A stretch of DNA of 31,845 bases from Alphaproteobacteria bacterium (GTDB lineage: Bacteria; Pseudomonadota; Alphaproteobacteria; Rickettsiales; VGDC01), in NCBI GenBank assembly GCA_016869895.1, contig VGDC01000001.1, forward strand, positions 1 through 31,845, given 5' to 3'. Shown here in pieces: positions 1-10,986 of this stretch. A program made the translations under genes and the position numbers. The notes under the pieces were generated by a model. That model had not been told where the DNA came from. It saw nothing but the letters and a program-made list of their open reading frames with translations, and did no database searches. Within the stretch, counting starts at the first letter, position 1, and each line of letters begins with the position of its first letter.

Positions 1-387
1 GAGTTTTACCGTGTCGCGGATGAGGTCAAGCACCGCGTCCTGCGTCATCTTGAACTGGTATTTCAGATGGATATCGCTGGTGGACATGAAGGTGTGAATG
101 CGGCCTTGGCGCGCGGGCTTGATGGCCTCTGCGGCGCGTTCGATGTCGATGGCTTTTGCGCGGGCGAGCGAGCAGACGACGGCGCGTTTGGTCACTTCGG
201 CGATGGCTTTCACGGCCTCGAAATCACCTTGGGATGCGATGGCGAAACCCGCTTCGATGACGTCCACGCCCATGTTGTCGAGCACTTCCGCGACGAGGAG
301 TTTCTCCTCGCGGGTCATGGACATACCGGGGGACTGTTCACCATCACGCAGGGTGGTATCAAAAATGACAATGCGGTTCTTGCTCAT
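1..387 (-). CDS. leuA: 2-isopropylmalate synthase, N-terminal part (runs off window edge; absent from ORF track)
   Basis: Manual translation from ATG at 387: [21 protein letters not shown]...GVDVIEAGF...SLARA...[12 protein letters not shown], carrying the DTTLRDGEQ and HTF motifs of LeuA. Confidence 0.95.
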   Translation of the reverse strand, partial: MSKNRIVIFDTTLRDGEQSPGMSMTREEKLLVAEVLDNMGVDVIEAGFAIASQGDFEAVKAIAEVTKRAVVCSLARAKAIDIERAAEAIKPARQGRIHTFMSTSDIHLKYQFKMTQDAVLDLIRDTVKL

Positions 388-491
388 ACATCCATCTCGT
401 TTTGCTCGTTGTTTTCGCCTGCCTTTTTGGCATTTTTTATTGCGGGTAGCTTAGGGTTTTACGCTTAAAAAGCAAGTGAATTAGCAGCCCG

Positions 492-573
492 AAACAAGGA
501 AGGGCGGTCAGAAGACCGCCCTTGCCGAGTAGTAGGATGGTGATTGTGGGCGTTGGTGCGGTCAGCAGACCGC
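492..573 (-). promoter_or_regulatory. Candidate leucine-responsive attenuator in the leuA leader
   Basis: ATC CTA CTA CTC codons (538..527) lie just before a 10-bp hairpin AAGGGCGGTC-TTCT-GACCGCCCTT (523..500) with a CCTTGTTT tail. A second hairpin GCGGTC-TGCT-GACCGC lies at 573..558. No canonical start codon was found in the Leu-codon frame. Confidence 0.5.
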
Positions 574-642
574 GTGAGCCATCAGCCCGCGAAGCGGCGC
601 GCCATTGAGAAATCAGGAGATTTCGCAGGGCGCAATCAAAGC

Positions 643-2260
<1,618 letters not shown>

Positions 2261-2271
2261 GTGCGTTCCCC

Positions 2272-4113
2272 TTAAACCTGATCGCGGTCGAGTTTGAGTG
2301 CGGTGGCCTTCTTCTTCGACAGGCCGGGGTGCAGCACCAGTTCGTTATGCGCTGCGCCTGCGGGAATCATGGGATACACGTTCTCGGCGGGATCGACGCG
2401 GATGTCCAGCAGCACCGCGCCGTCATAATCCAGCGCGGCTTTGATGGATTTATCCAGCTCGGCGACCTTGTCCACATACATGCCCTTGATGCCGAATGCC
2501 TCTGCGAGTGGCGCGAAATCAGGCAGGGAATCCATGTAGGATTCGGAATAGCGGCTGCCGTGGAACATCTCCTGCCACTGGCGCACCATGCCCATATAGC
2601 GGTTGTTCAGCAGGAAGATTTTCACGGGCAGGCGATACTGCACGGCAGTGGAAATCTCTTGGATGTTCATCATCAGCGAAGCCTCACCCGTCACGCAGAC
2701 CACGAGGGCTTTCGGGTGTGCCACCTGCACGCCGAGCGCGGCGGGAAGGCCATAACCCATGGTGCCGAGACCACCGGAGGACATCCAGCGGTTCGGCTCT
2801 CTGAATTGCAGGAACTGCGCCGCCCACATCTGGTGCTGACCGACATCGGTGGTGATGTAGCGGTCGGCTTTCGCGGTCAGTGCTTCCAAACGCTCAAGCG
2901 CGTACTGCGGCTTGATGACCTTGTCGGTCTTCTCATAGTAATGGCTGAGCTTGGCGCGCCAGCCGTCCACCTGTTTCCACCAGTTGGCCAGTGCGCGTTT
3001 GTCGGGCGTGTTGCGCTTCTCTTTCCACGCCTTGGCCATCTGCGCGACCACTGCGCCCGCATCACCCACCAGCGGAATATCCACCCGCACGTTCTTGTTG
3101 ATGGAGGAGGGGTCGATATCCACATGGATTTTCTTGGAGTTCGGCGAGAAGCCATCCAGACGACCGGTGATGCGGTCATCGAAACGCGCGCCGATGCAGA
3201 TCATCACATCGCATTCCGCCATGCACATATTGGCTTCCAGCGTGCCGTGCATTCCCAGCATGCCTAAGTATTGTGGGTCGTTTTCGGGGAATGCACCCAA
3301 GCCCATCAACGTTGCGGTGACAGGATAACCCGTTTCGCGGATGAATTTGGTGGTCGCGGCGCAGGCTTTCGGGCCGGAATTGATGATGCCGCCGCCGATG
3401 TAGAACACGGGGCGTTTCGCGCCAGCCATCAGTTCCACCGCGCGTTTCACAGCGGTTTCATTGGCTTCAACGGGCGGGTTATAGGTCGTGCGGGTGAACT
3501 TCGTTTTGCCTTCGTATGGCACGGCGATGTTCATCAGGTTCTTGGGAATGTCGATGACCACGGGGCCGGGGCGACCCGTGCGCGCGATGTGGAAGGCATC
3601 ATGCAGCCCGGGGCCGATTTCTTCCGTGGCTTTGACAAGGCGGTTGTATTTCGTGCAAGTGCGGGTGATGCCCGTGGTGTCGGCTTCTTGGAACGCGTCC
3701 GAGCCGATCATATGGGTGGGCACCTGTCCGGTGATGCAGACCATGGGGATGCTGTCGAGCATCGCGTCCGTCAGTCCGGTGACGGCGTTCGTCGCGCCGG
3801 GGCCGGAGGTCACCAGCACCACGCCGACCTTGCCGGTGGAACGGGCATAGCCCTCTGCCGCATGGGTCGCCGCCTGTTCATGGCGCACGAGCACATGGCG
3901 GATGCGGTTCTGGCGGAAGAGCGCGTCATAGATGGGGAGCACTGCGCCGCCGGGGTATCCGAAGACCACTTCCACGCCTTGGTCGGCAAGTGCCTGCACG
4001 ATAATGTCGGCGCCGAGCATCGGCTCGTTCCGGCGGGGTGCGGCAGCTTTCACAGCAGCGGGCTTTTTAGCGGCGGTTTTTGCGGGGGTCTTTTTCTTGG
4101 CGGCAGCGGTCAT
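2272..4113 (-). CDS. ilvB: Acetolactate synthase large subunit, biosynthetic type (ilvI/ilvB)
   Basis: VFGYPGGAVLP, RHEQAATHAAEGYAR, TSGPGATN, DVGQHQMW, SGGLGTMGYGLP, GMVRQWQ motifs; GAGGA RBS upstream of 4113. Confidence 0.96.
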   Translation of the reverse strand: MTAAAKKKTPAKTAAKKPAAVKAAAPRRNEPMLGADIIVQALADQGVEVVFGYPGGAVLPIYDALFRQNRIRHVLVRHEQAATHAAEGYARSTGKVGVVLVTSGPGATNAVTGLTDAMLDSIPMVCITGQVPTHMIGSDAFQEADTTGITRTCTKYNRLVKATEEIGPGLHDAFHIARTGRPGPVVIDIPKNLMNIAVPYEGKTKFTRTTYNPPVEANETAVKRAVELMAGAKRPVFYIGGGIINSGPKACAATTKFIRETGYPVTATLMGLGAFPENDPQYLGMLGMHGTLEANMCMAECDVMICIGARFDDRITGRLDGFSPNSKKIHVDIDPSSINKNVRVDIPLVGDAGAVVAQMAKAWKEKRNTPDKRALANWWKQVDGWRAKLSHYYEKTDKVIKPQYALERLEALTAKADRYITTDVGQHQMWAAQFLQFREPNRWMSSGGLGTMGYGLPAALGVQVAHPKALVVCVTGEASLMMNIQEISTAVQYRLPVKIFLLNNRYMGMVRQWQEMFHGSRYSESYMDSLPDFAPLAEAFGIKGMYVDKVAELDKSIKAALDYDGAVLLDIRVDPAENVYPMIPAGAAHNELVLHPGLSKKKATALKLDRDQV

Positions 4114-4199
4114 GGGGGCATCCTCAGGGGCTTAAGGATGACCGAATCTAGTGAAACCGCCGCCTTCGGTCAACCACAAACCTGTGGATAAGTACGATT

Positions 4200-5105
4200 T
4201 TATACGAGGTTAGGGAATTGGGAATCAAAGCCATCGTAAGGGTATGTAATGAGGGTCGCATCGGGGAACTGGTTGCGCATCCACGTGAGCTGGCGTTTGG
4301 CGTAATTCCGCGTGGCCTGCTGCGCCTTTGCGAGGGCTTCTTCCCGCGTGGATTCCCCACGAAGATACGCCGCCAGTTCGGGCACACCTACGGCGCGCAG
4401 TGCGGGAAGCGAACTGGGCAGATTGCGGTTCAGCAGGGCTTGCAGCTCGTCGAGCGCGCCGTTCTCCATCATCTGTTGCAGCCGTGCATCGCAGCGTGCA
4501 TACAGCAATTCTCGTGGCAAATTCAGTCCAAAAAGATGGAATTCCGCTTCAGGAATGGGCGATTCCGGCGTGGTTTCTTGCCAGAGCGAGAGGGGTCTTT
4601 GTGTTTCCATGAACACTTCATAGGCACGGGCGAGCCGCTGTGTATCCCCCTCTTTCAACCGTGCGGAAATGGCAGGGTCGGCTTCTGCCAGCCGCGCGCG
4701 GATTTCCTCCAGCGGCATCGCCCGCACGCGCTCGCGCACTTCAGGGGAGATTTCGGGGATGGGCGAGAACCCTTGGGTCAATGCTTTGATATACATCCCC
4801 GTGCCGCCGACCACGATGGGCAGACTGCCTGCTTGCCAGCAACGGCGGATTTCGCGGGCGGCATCCTCTGCCCAACTGGCGGCGGAGGCGGGCGTGGCGG
4901 GGTCGATATAGCCATATAACACATGCGGTGCTTGTGCCATCTCCTCGGCAGTCGGCGCGGCGGTGAGGATGGGTAATCCTGCGTAGGCCTGCATGGAATC
5001 GGCGTTGATGACCGTGCCGCCGCGTTTCACCGCCAAATCCAACGCCAGAGCGGATTTGCCGCTGGCGGTGGCTCCATAGATGACGATGACACTGGATGCG
5101 GGCAT
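4200..5105 (-). CDS. miaA: tRNA dimethylallyltransferase
   Basis: GATASGKS P-loop, INADSMQ, VGGTGMY, TRNYAKRQLTW. Confidence 0.96.
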   Translation of the reverse strand: MPASSVIVIYGATASGKSALALDLAVKRGGTVINADSMQAYAGLPILTAAPTAEEMAQAPHVLYGYIDPATPASAASWAEDAAREIRRCWQAGSLPIVVGGTGMYIKALTQGFSPIPEISPEVRERVRAMPLEEIRARLAEADPAISARLKEGDTQRLARAYEVFMETQRPLSLWQETTPESPIPEAEFHLFGLNLPRELLYARCDARLQQMMENGALDELQALLNRNLPSSLPALRAVGVPELAAYLRGESTREEALAKAQQATRNYAKRQLTWMRNQFPDATLITYPYDGFDSQFPNLV

Positions 5106-5150
5106 GGTTATCTGTTAAAAAGCGGCTTCATTTTTCAAAAAGAGGGTGCT

Positions 5151-6053
5151 ATGGCCTCCGAGATTCCTACCCACGTTATCACATTGGTCGCTTTGCCGTC
5201 ACAGGGAAAAACGCTGACGCAAGGCGCGTTGGATGCCGCCTGTGATGCTGCCGCTGCGGCGGGCTTCACCCCCACCAAACCCCTTTGGCTGGAAGCGGGC
5301 GAGGCGGCGGATATCGGGCTGTATGCCAATGGCGGCACGAGCATTGCCATAGATGAAGCGGGGGTGGATGCCATTCTCCAGCCGCTCGACGGTTTCCGTC
5401 ATCGCCGTTTGCTGGTGAGCGATATGGATTCCACCATCATCCAGCAGGAATGCATCGACGAGCTGGCCGATGAACTCGGACTGAAACCGCAGGTCTCGGA
5501 AATCACCGAACGCGCCATGAACGGCGAGCTGGATTTCAAAGCCGCGCTGCGCGAGCGTGTTGCTTTGCTGAAAGGTTTGGAAGTCGCCGCGTTGGAGCGG
5601 GTCTATACGGACCGCATCACCCTCATGCCCGGCGCGAAGACGCTGGTGCAGACCATGCGCGAAGACGGTGCGCAGTGCCTCCTCGTTTCCGGTGGATTCA
5701 CCTATTTCACCGAGCGCGTGCGTCGCGCCGTGGGCTTCCACGCCGACCACGCCAACACGCTGAACCTGCATGCGGGCGCGCTCGACGGCACGGTGCTGGA
5801 GCCGATATTGGACAAGGAATCGAAGCTGGCTTCGCTGAAAGGCGCGGCAGCGCAGATGGGCATTCCGCTGGAAGCGACCCTTGCGCTGGGCGATGGCGCG
5901 AATGACCTGCCGATGCTGCAAGCGGCGGGGTTGGGCATCGCCTATCACGCCAAACCCTCCGTGCGCGCGGCGGCCAAAGCCTGCATCGATCATGGCGACC
6001 TCACCGTCGCGCTCTTCGCGCAAGGGTATCGCCGCAGCGATTGGGTAGAATAA
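5151..6053 (+). CDS. serB: Phosphoserine phosphatase
   Basis: DMDSTIIQQECIDELA, ITERAMNGELDF, VSGGF, GDGANDLPML. Confidence 0.96.
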   Translation: MASEIPTHVITLVALPSQGKTLTQGALDAACDAAAAAGFTPTKPLWLEAGEAADIGLYANGGTSIAIDEAGVDAILQPLDGFRHRRLLVSDMDSTIIQQECIDELADELGLKPQVSEITERAMNGELDFKAALRERVALLKGLEVAALERVYTDRITLMPGAKTLVQTMREDGAQCLLVSGGFTYFTERVRRAVGFHADHANTLNLHAGALDGTVLEPILDKESKLASLKGAAAQMGIPLEATLALGDGANDLPMLQAAGLGIAYHAKPSVRAAAKACIDHGDLTVALFAQGYRRSDWVE

Positions 6054-6108
6054 GAGAGGTAAAGTATGGTGGCGCAGTCAGCAGACCTCGCCTTCCTACT
6101 TCATCGCC

Positions 6109-7560
6109 TCATTCAACCTTCGCGTCAGTCGGAATGGTCACGAAGGAGTTGTTGCCCGAACGCCAGACACGCAGCAACACATGCTTGCGCCCTGCCTTCT
6201 TGGCGGATTCGATGGCTTTCTTGTATTCTGCCAGTGAAGCCACATCCGCGCCGTTCACCTGCTGCACCACATCGCCGAAATTCAGGCCTTGTTTGGCGGC
6301 TTCGCTCTCGGCTTTCAGCTCCACGATGACCAGACCTTTCACATCCTCCGGCAGCGCGAATTTCTTGCGCAGCGGCGCGTCGATGGGCGCGATGCTCATC
6401 CCCGCGACCGAATAGGTCTCCATGTCCTGCTTCTCGATTTTCTGGCCTTTGTCGTCTTCCTTCACGGCGACGGTCTCTTCCTTCAATTCACCGAGGGTGA
6501 CGGGGATTTTGGTCTCCTTGCCATTACGCAGCACGGTCAGCTGCACCTTCGCGCCGATCTTGCTTTCGGCGACCATCCGCGGCAGGAAGCGCATCTCGGC
6601 GATGTCCTTGCCATCGAATTTGGTGATGACATCGCCCGTCACGATGCCTGCTTTCGCGGCAGGGCCTTCGGCGTTCACATCCGCCACCAGCGCGCCGTTG
6701 GTGTTCTTCAGGCCGAGGCTATCGGCGATTTCAGGGGTCACGGGCTGGATGGTCACGCCCAGCCAGCCACGGAAGGTGCGGCCATGCTCCTTCAGCTGCG
6801 CGATGACCGATTTGGCCAGCGTCGCAGGCACGGCGAAGCCGATGCCGATGCTGCCGCCCGTGGGCGAGAAGATGGCGGTGTTGATGCCGATGACTTCGCC
6901 TTTCAGGTTGAACAACGGGCCGCCGCTGTTGCCACGGTTGATGGAGGCATCCGTCTGGATGAAATCATCGAAAGGCCCTGCATTGATGTTGCGCGCGCGG
7001 GCGGAGATGATACCCGCCGTCACCGTGCCGCCGAGGCCGAAGGGGTTGCCCACCGCGATGACCCAATCACCCACGCGGGCGGTGTCGGAATCACCGAAGC
7101 TTACAGCGGGCAGGGGCTTCTCGGTCTTCACTTTCAGCAGCGCGATGTCCGTCTTCGGGTCATGGCCGACGATCTCCGCATCCAATTTCGTGTTGTCGCT
7201 CAGGGTCACATGCACTTCCGTGGCATCGGCGATGACATGGTTATTGGTGACGATGTAGCCCGTGGGGTCGATGATGAAACCCGAACCGAGGGATTGCACA
7301 TCGCGCTCCTGAGGCATAGGCGTCGCGCCGGGGGGCATCATGCGTTCAAGGAACTGGCGGAGCTGTTCGTCGTTCTCCAGCCCTTCGATGCTCGGCACGC
7401 CAGCGCGTCCTTTCACCTTCTGGGTGGTGGAGATGTTCACGACCGCAGGGGTCATGGTCTCCACCTGATCGGCGAAGGATTCGGGGGCGGGTGCGGCGAC
7501 TGCGGCAAGCGGAGTGGACACACACAGCAGTGCGGCGGCGACGAGAAGCGAGCGTTTCAT
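6109..7560 (-). CDS. degP: Do/DegP-family periplasmic serine protease with two PDZ domains
   Basis: Signal peptide MKRSLLVAAALLC (start placed at 7560); GSGFII, TNNHV, D-x-ALLK, IQTDASINRGNSGGPL; follows hflKC as in other alphaproteobacteria. Confidence 0.93.
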   Translation of the reverse strand: MKRSLLVAAALLCVSTPLAAVAAPAPESFADQVETMTPAVVNISTTQKVKGRAGVPSIEGLENDEQLRQFLERMMPPGATPMPQERDVQSLGSGFIIDPTGYIVTNNHVIADATEVHVTLSDNTKLDAEIVGHDPKTDIALLKVKTEKPLPAVSFGDSDTARVGDWVIAVGNPFGLGGTVTAGIISARARNINAGPFDDFIQTDASINRGNSGGPLFNLKGEVIGINTAIFSPTGGSIGIGFAVPATLAKSVIAQLKEHGRTFRGWLGVTIQPVTPEIADSLGLKNTNGALVADVNAEGPAAKAGIVTGDVITKFDGKDIAEMRFLPRMVAESKIGAKVQLTVLRNGKETKIPVTLGELKEETVAVKEDDKGQKIEKQDMETYSVAGMSIAPIDAPLRKKFALPEDVKGLVIVELKAESEAAKQGLNFGDVVQQVNGADVASLAEYKKAIESAKKAGRKHVLLRVWRSGNNSFVTIPTDAKVE

Positions 7561-7770
7561 AGGATGTGACTCCCTAGGCGGTGGTTTGTCGGATGACATA
7601 CGTCGAACATTCTTCATTTTGCCGTGCGCTTCGTTATCCTTCGGATTCGCCATGCTCATGTATGGATATACACTCCGCATGGCTCACCTCGGCTGCCTAG
7701 CGCACAACAAAAGCAAACATGTTCTAACCGACACATAATCCTCCTCGGAGGACATTTCAAGACGGAAGAC

Positions 7771-8709
7771 TTACGGTTTGACTTCCTTCAGGTACTTCAG
7801 GAACTCGTTGTCGGGCGTGAGCACCATGGTGGTGTCCTTGCCGTCCAATACCTGACGGTAAGCTTGCAGCGTGCGGTAGAAGTCATAGAACTCCTTATCG
7901 CGGCTGAAGGCCTCGGCGTAGATCTTGGTGGAGACGGCATCGGCCTCACCGCGCGTCACCTCGCCGGTCTTGCGGGCTTCGGCGATGATTTCGGCGCGTT
8001 CACGTTCCGCACGGGCGCGGATGCGCTGTGCCGCTTCCTCACCCTGCGCGCGCAATTCCTTCGCTTCGCGGGCACGGTCGGTCTGCATACGCTGATAGAT
8101 GGCTTCGCTGTTCGTCTGCGGCAGGTCGGCGCGTTTGATGCGCACGTCCACCACTTCGATGCCGAAACCGCCCAGTTTGGCGACCTGACGCGCCGCATCG
8201 GAGACGTTCTCGTCATCGGCGCGGAAGGTGCCGCTCGCCTGCTGGTTCACCTCGGCGAGAATATTCTCCATGATTTTATTACGGGTCGGCGAGAGCAGCG
8301 CGTTCAGCGGATAGCTGCCCACGACCTTTTTCAGCGACGATTCCAGAATGTCGTTCAGGCGGTCACGCATGCCGCGCTCGTTCTGCACGGTCTGATAGAA
8401 ACGCAGCGGGTCGGTGATGCGGTAACGCACGAAGGCATCGATGATGACGCGTTTCTGGTCGGATGCGTTGATCTCCTTCGATTCCGCATTGAAGTCTATC
8501 AGGCGGTTATCGAAGATGATGACGTTCTGCACGAAGGGCAGTTTGAAGTGCAATCCGGGTTCTTTCTTCACATCCACCGCACGGCCGAATTCAAGGACTA
8601 AGCCCTGTTCCACCTGCGTGACGATGAATAGCGAGTTCAGTGCAGCGAATGCACCGATGACGAGGACGGCGATAAGCCCATAACGGGTATTGCTACGTTT
8701 CGCGGCCAT
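7771..8709 (-). CDS. hflC: FtsH modulator HflC (SPFH domain)
   Basis: N-terminal TM, EPGLHFKLPF, YRITDPLRFY, GIEVVDVRIKRADLP, RMQTDR, FYDFYRTLQAY. Confidence 0.95.
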   Translation of the reverse strand: MAAKRSNTRYGLIAVLVIGAFAALNSLFIVTQVEQGLVLEFGRAVDVKKEPGLHFKLPFVQNVIIFDNRLIDFNAESKEINASDQKRVIIDAFVRYRITDPLRFYQTVQNERGMRDRLNDILESSLKKVVGSYPLNALLSPTRNKIMENILAEVNQQASGTFRADDENVSDAARQVAKLGGFGIEVVDVRIKRADLPQTNSEAIYQRMQTDRAREAKELRAQGEEAAQRIRARAERERAEIIAEARKTGEVTRGEADAVSTKIYAEAFSRDKEFYDFYRTLQAYRQVLDGKDTTMVLTPDNEFLKYLKEVKP

Positions 8710-9782
8710 TACTGCTGCCCTCCCTGTCTTTTCTTGATTTCAGGCAATGCCATATACGGTACCACGCCTGCGCCACCCTCACCGAGGATGACCTTATCCA
8801 TGCCCTTCATCGTCTCTTCCAGCGTCTCTAGGTACAGACGCTTGCGGGTGATGTCCTTGGCTTGGCTGTATTCGGTGTAGATGGCTTTGAAGCGCGATGC
8901 GTCACCTTCCGCACGGTTGGTCACTTCGGCGCGATACGCCTCGGCTTCCTGCAACACACGTTCCGCTTCACCACGGGCGCGGGGCAGGATTTCGTTCGCG
9001 TAAGCCTGCGCTTCGTTGATGGAGCGTTCCTGGTCGGCCTTCGCCGCCTGCACGTCACGGAAGGATTCGATGACAGCGGATGGCGGGTCGGCGCGCAGCA
9101 GCGTCACGCGGTCGATCTGGATACCTGCCTTATAGCTGTCGAGCGTCGCTTGCAGCAGGGCCTTGTTCTCGTCCTCGATGTCCTGTTTACCACCGGTCAA
9201 CGCGCTGGTGAGCGGGCGTTTGCCGATGACTTCGCGCATAACGCTTTCCGCCACGTCACGCACGGTGAGTTCGGGGTTGCGCAGGTTGAAGAGGAAGTTC
9301 TTCGCGTCCTTGATTTTCCATTGGACGTTGAAGGTGATGTCGATGATGTTCTCGTCGCCCGTCAGCATCAGGCCTTCTTCGGGCACGCTCTGCTCACGGC
9401 CAGTGCCGCTGCCGCCGTAAGTGCGGTAACCGATTTCGATACGCTGCACGCGGGTCACCGGAGGGGTGAAGACGGTTTCGATAGGGGATGGCAGGTGATA
9501 GCGCAATCCGGGTTCGGTGGTGCGGTCATACTGACCGAAGCGCAGCACGACGCCCTGTTCTTCCGGCTCGACGCGGTAGATGCCCGATGCCAGCCACAGG
9601 CCGACGGCGGCCAAGGCCACAAGGCCGATGAGTTTGCGGTTGCCGCCACCGGGCACGAAGTCGCGGAATTTCTCCTGACTGCGGCGGATGATGGCGTCGA
9701 AATCATCGTTGGACGGGGGAGGGGGCGCGCTGGGGCCTTTGCCCCATGGTCCACCGGAGTTGCCGCCTCTGCCTTTATTCAT
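8709..9782 (-). CDS. hflK: FtsH modulator HflK (SPFH domain)
   Basis: Start MNKGRGGNSGGPWG with GAAGGAG RBS; GVVLRFG, MLTGDENI, FRDVQAAKAD, TRKRLYLET; stop overlaps the hflC start. Confidence 0.95.
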   Translation of the reverse strand: MNKGRGGNSGGPWGKGPSAPPPPSNDDFDAIIRRSQEKFRDFVPGGGNRKLIGLVALAAVGLWLASGIYRVEPEEQGVVLRFGQYDRTTEPGLRYHLPSPIETVFTPPVTRVQRIEIGYRTYGGSGTGREQSVPEEGLMLTGDENIIDITFNVQWKIKDAKNFLFNLRNPELTVRDVAESVMREVIGKRPLTSALTGGKQDIEDENKALLQATLDSYKAGIQIDRVTLLRADPPSAVIESFRDVQAAKADQERSINEAQAYANEILPRARGEAERVLQEAEAYRAEVTNRAEGDASRFKAIYTEYSQAKDITRKRLYLETLEETMKGMDKVILGEGGAGVVPYMALPEIKKRQGGQQ

Positions 9783-9897
9783 CTTCGTCTCCTTCACTGG
9801 TCTTCGGTGCGCTTCTGTGGTGTGGGCTTGAACCCGCGCCCGAAATGGCCTATGGTCTGCACCCTGTTTAACGAATAATCCAAGGACTGGCAAGGAA

Positions 9898-10935
9898 ATG
9901 TCGCCCCTTTCGCGTGAAACCGTCCTCTCTGCGCTGCGCGCCGTGGCTGATCCTGCCACAGGGCAGAATGTCGTGGATTCCGGCATCGTCTCCGGCGTGG
10001 TCGTGCGCGGTGGGAATGTGGGCTTCCTCGTGAATGCCACGCCGGATTCCGCTGCCGCCATGGAACACATCCGCCGCGAATGCGAGCAGAAAGTCTCGCT
10101 TCTGCAAGGGGTGGAGAAGGTGACGGCGGTGTTGACCGCCGAGCAGCAATCCTCTGCTCCCGCGCCGGAAAAAGAAAAACCCTCCCAGTGGAACCGCACG
10201 CCCATCGAAGGCGTGAAGCATTTGGTGGCCGTGGCATCCGGCAAGGGCGGAGTGGGGAAATCCACCACCACGGTCTGCCTCGCTCGCGCCTTCGCGGAGA
10301 AAGGGCTGCGCGTGGGCATCTTGGACGCCGATATCTACGGCCCGTCCATCCCCCTTATGCTCGGCTTGAAAGGCCAACCACAGGTGAAGGACGGCAAGCT
10401 CGTGCCCGCCGTTTCGCGCGGCATTTCCTGCATGTCCATGGGGCTGCTGATGGGGGATCAAGCCGCTGTCATGCGCGGGCCGATGATCACCAAAGCCCTC
10501 AACCAGATGCTCCGCGCCGTGGCATGGGGCGAGTTGGACGTGCTCTTAGTCGATATGCCCCCCGGCACGGGCGATGTGCATCTTTCATTGGCGCAGCAAG
10601 CGCCCCTTTCCGGCGCAGTGGTGGTGACGACCCCGCAGCGCGTGGCGACCATCGATGCGCAAAAAGCCGTCGATATGTTCCGCAAAGTCGGCGTTCCCGT
10701 GCTCGGTATCGTCGAGAACATGAGCTATCTCGAAGCGGAAGGGCAGCGCGTTCAGCCCTTCGGGCAAGGCGGTGGCGAGGCATTGTCCAAGCAGATGGCC
10801 ACACGCTTCTTAGGCGACGTGCCGCTGGTTCCCGTGCTCGGCGCCGCACTCGATGGCGGGCAGGAATTCGCCATTCCTGAAGCGTTAAGCGACATCGCCG
10901 CAAAGATTCTGGAGCAGCTCCCCTTCCGGATGTGA
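9898..10935 (+). CDS. mrp: Mrp/ApbC (NBP35 family) Fe-S cluster carrier ATPase
   Basis: VASGKGGVGKST, DADIYGPSIP, DMPPGTGD, VTTPQ, GIVENMS; N-terminal DUF59-like segment. Confidence 0.94.
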   Translation: MSPLSRETVLSALRAVADPATGQNVVDSGIVSGVVVRGGNVGFLVNATPDSAAAMEHIRRECEQKVSLLQGVEKVTAVLTAEQQSSAPAPEKEKPSQWNRTPIEGVKHLVAVASGKGGVGKSTTTVCLARAFAEKGLRVGILDADIYGPSIPLMLGLKGQPQVKDGKLVPAVSRGISCMSMGLLMGDQAAVMRGPMITKALNQMLRAVAWGELDVLLVDMPPGTGDVHLSLAQQAPLSGAVVVTTPQRVATIDAQKAVDMFRKVGVPVLGIVENMSYLEAEGQRVQPFGQGGGEALSKQMATRFLGDVPLVPVLGAALDGGQEFAIPEALSDIAAKILEQLPFRM

Positions 10936-10986
10936 GGTTTCCCTGTTTAGCTGGAAAGACAAACCAGCCAGAATAAGGAAAAGAAT

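Noticed and set aside
6076-6087. GTCAGCAGACC shared with the leuA leader (561-571); possible REP-like repeat
   Set aside because: Only two copies of an 11-mer, which is within chance expectation, and the flanking stem is not preserved
7561-7680. 40-aa N-terminal extension of DegP
   Set aside because: The signal peptide begins at 7560, and an extension would bury it
9783-10319. 5' extension of the hflK ORF to 10319
   Set aside because: Overlaps mrp on the other strand; RBS and homology support the start at 9782
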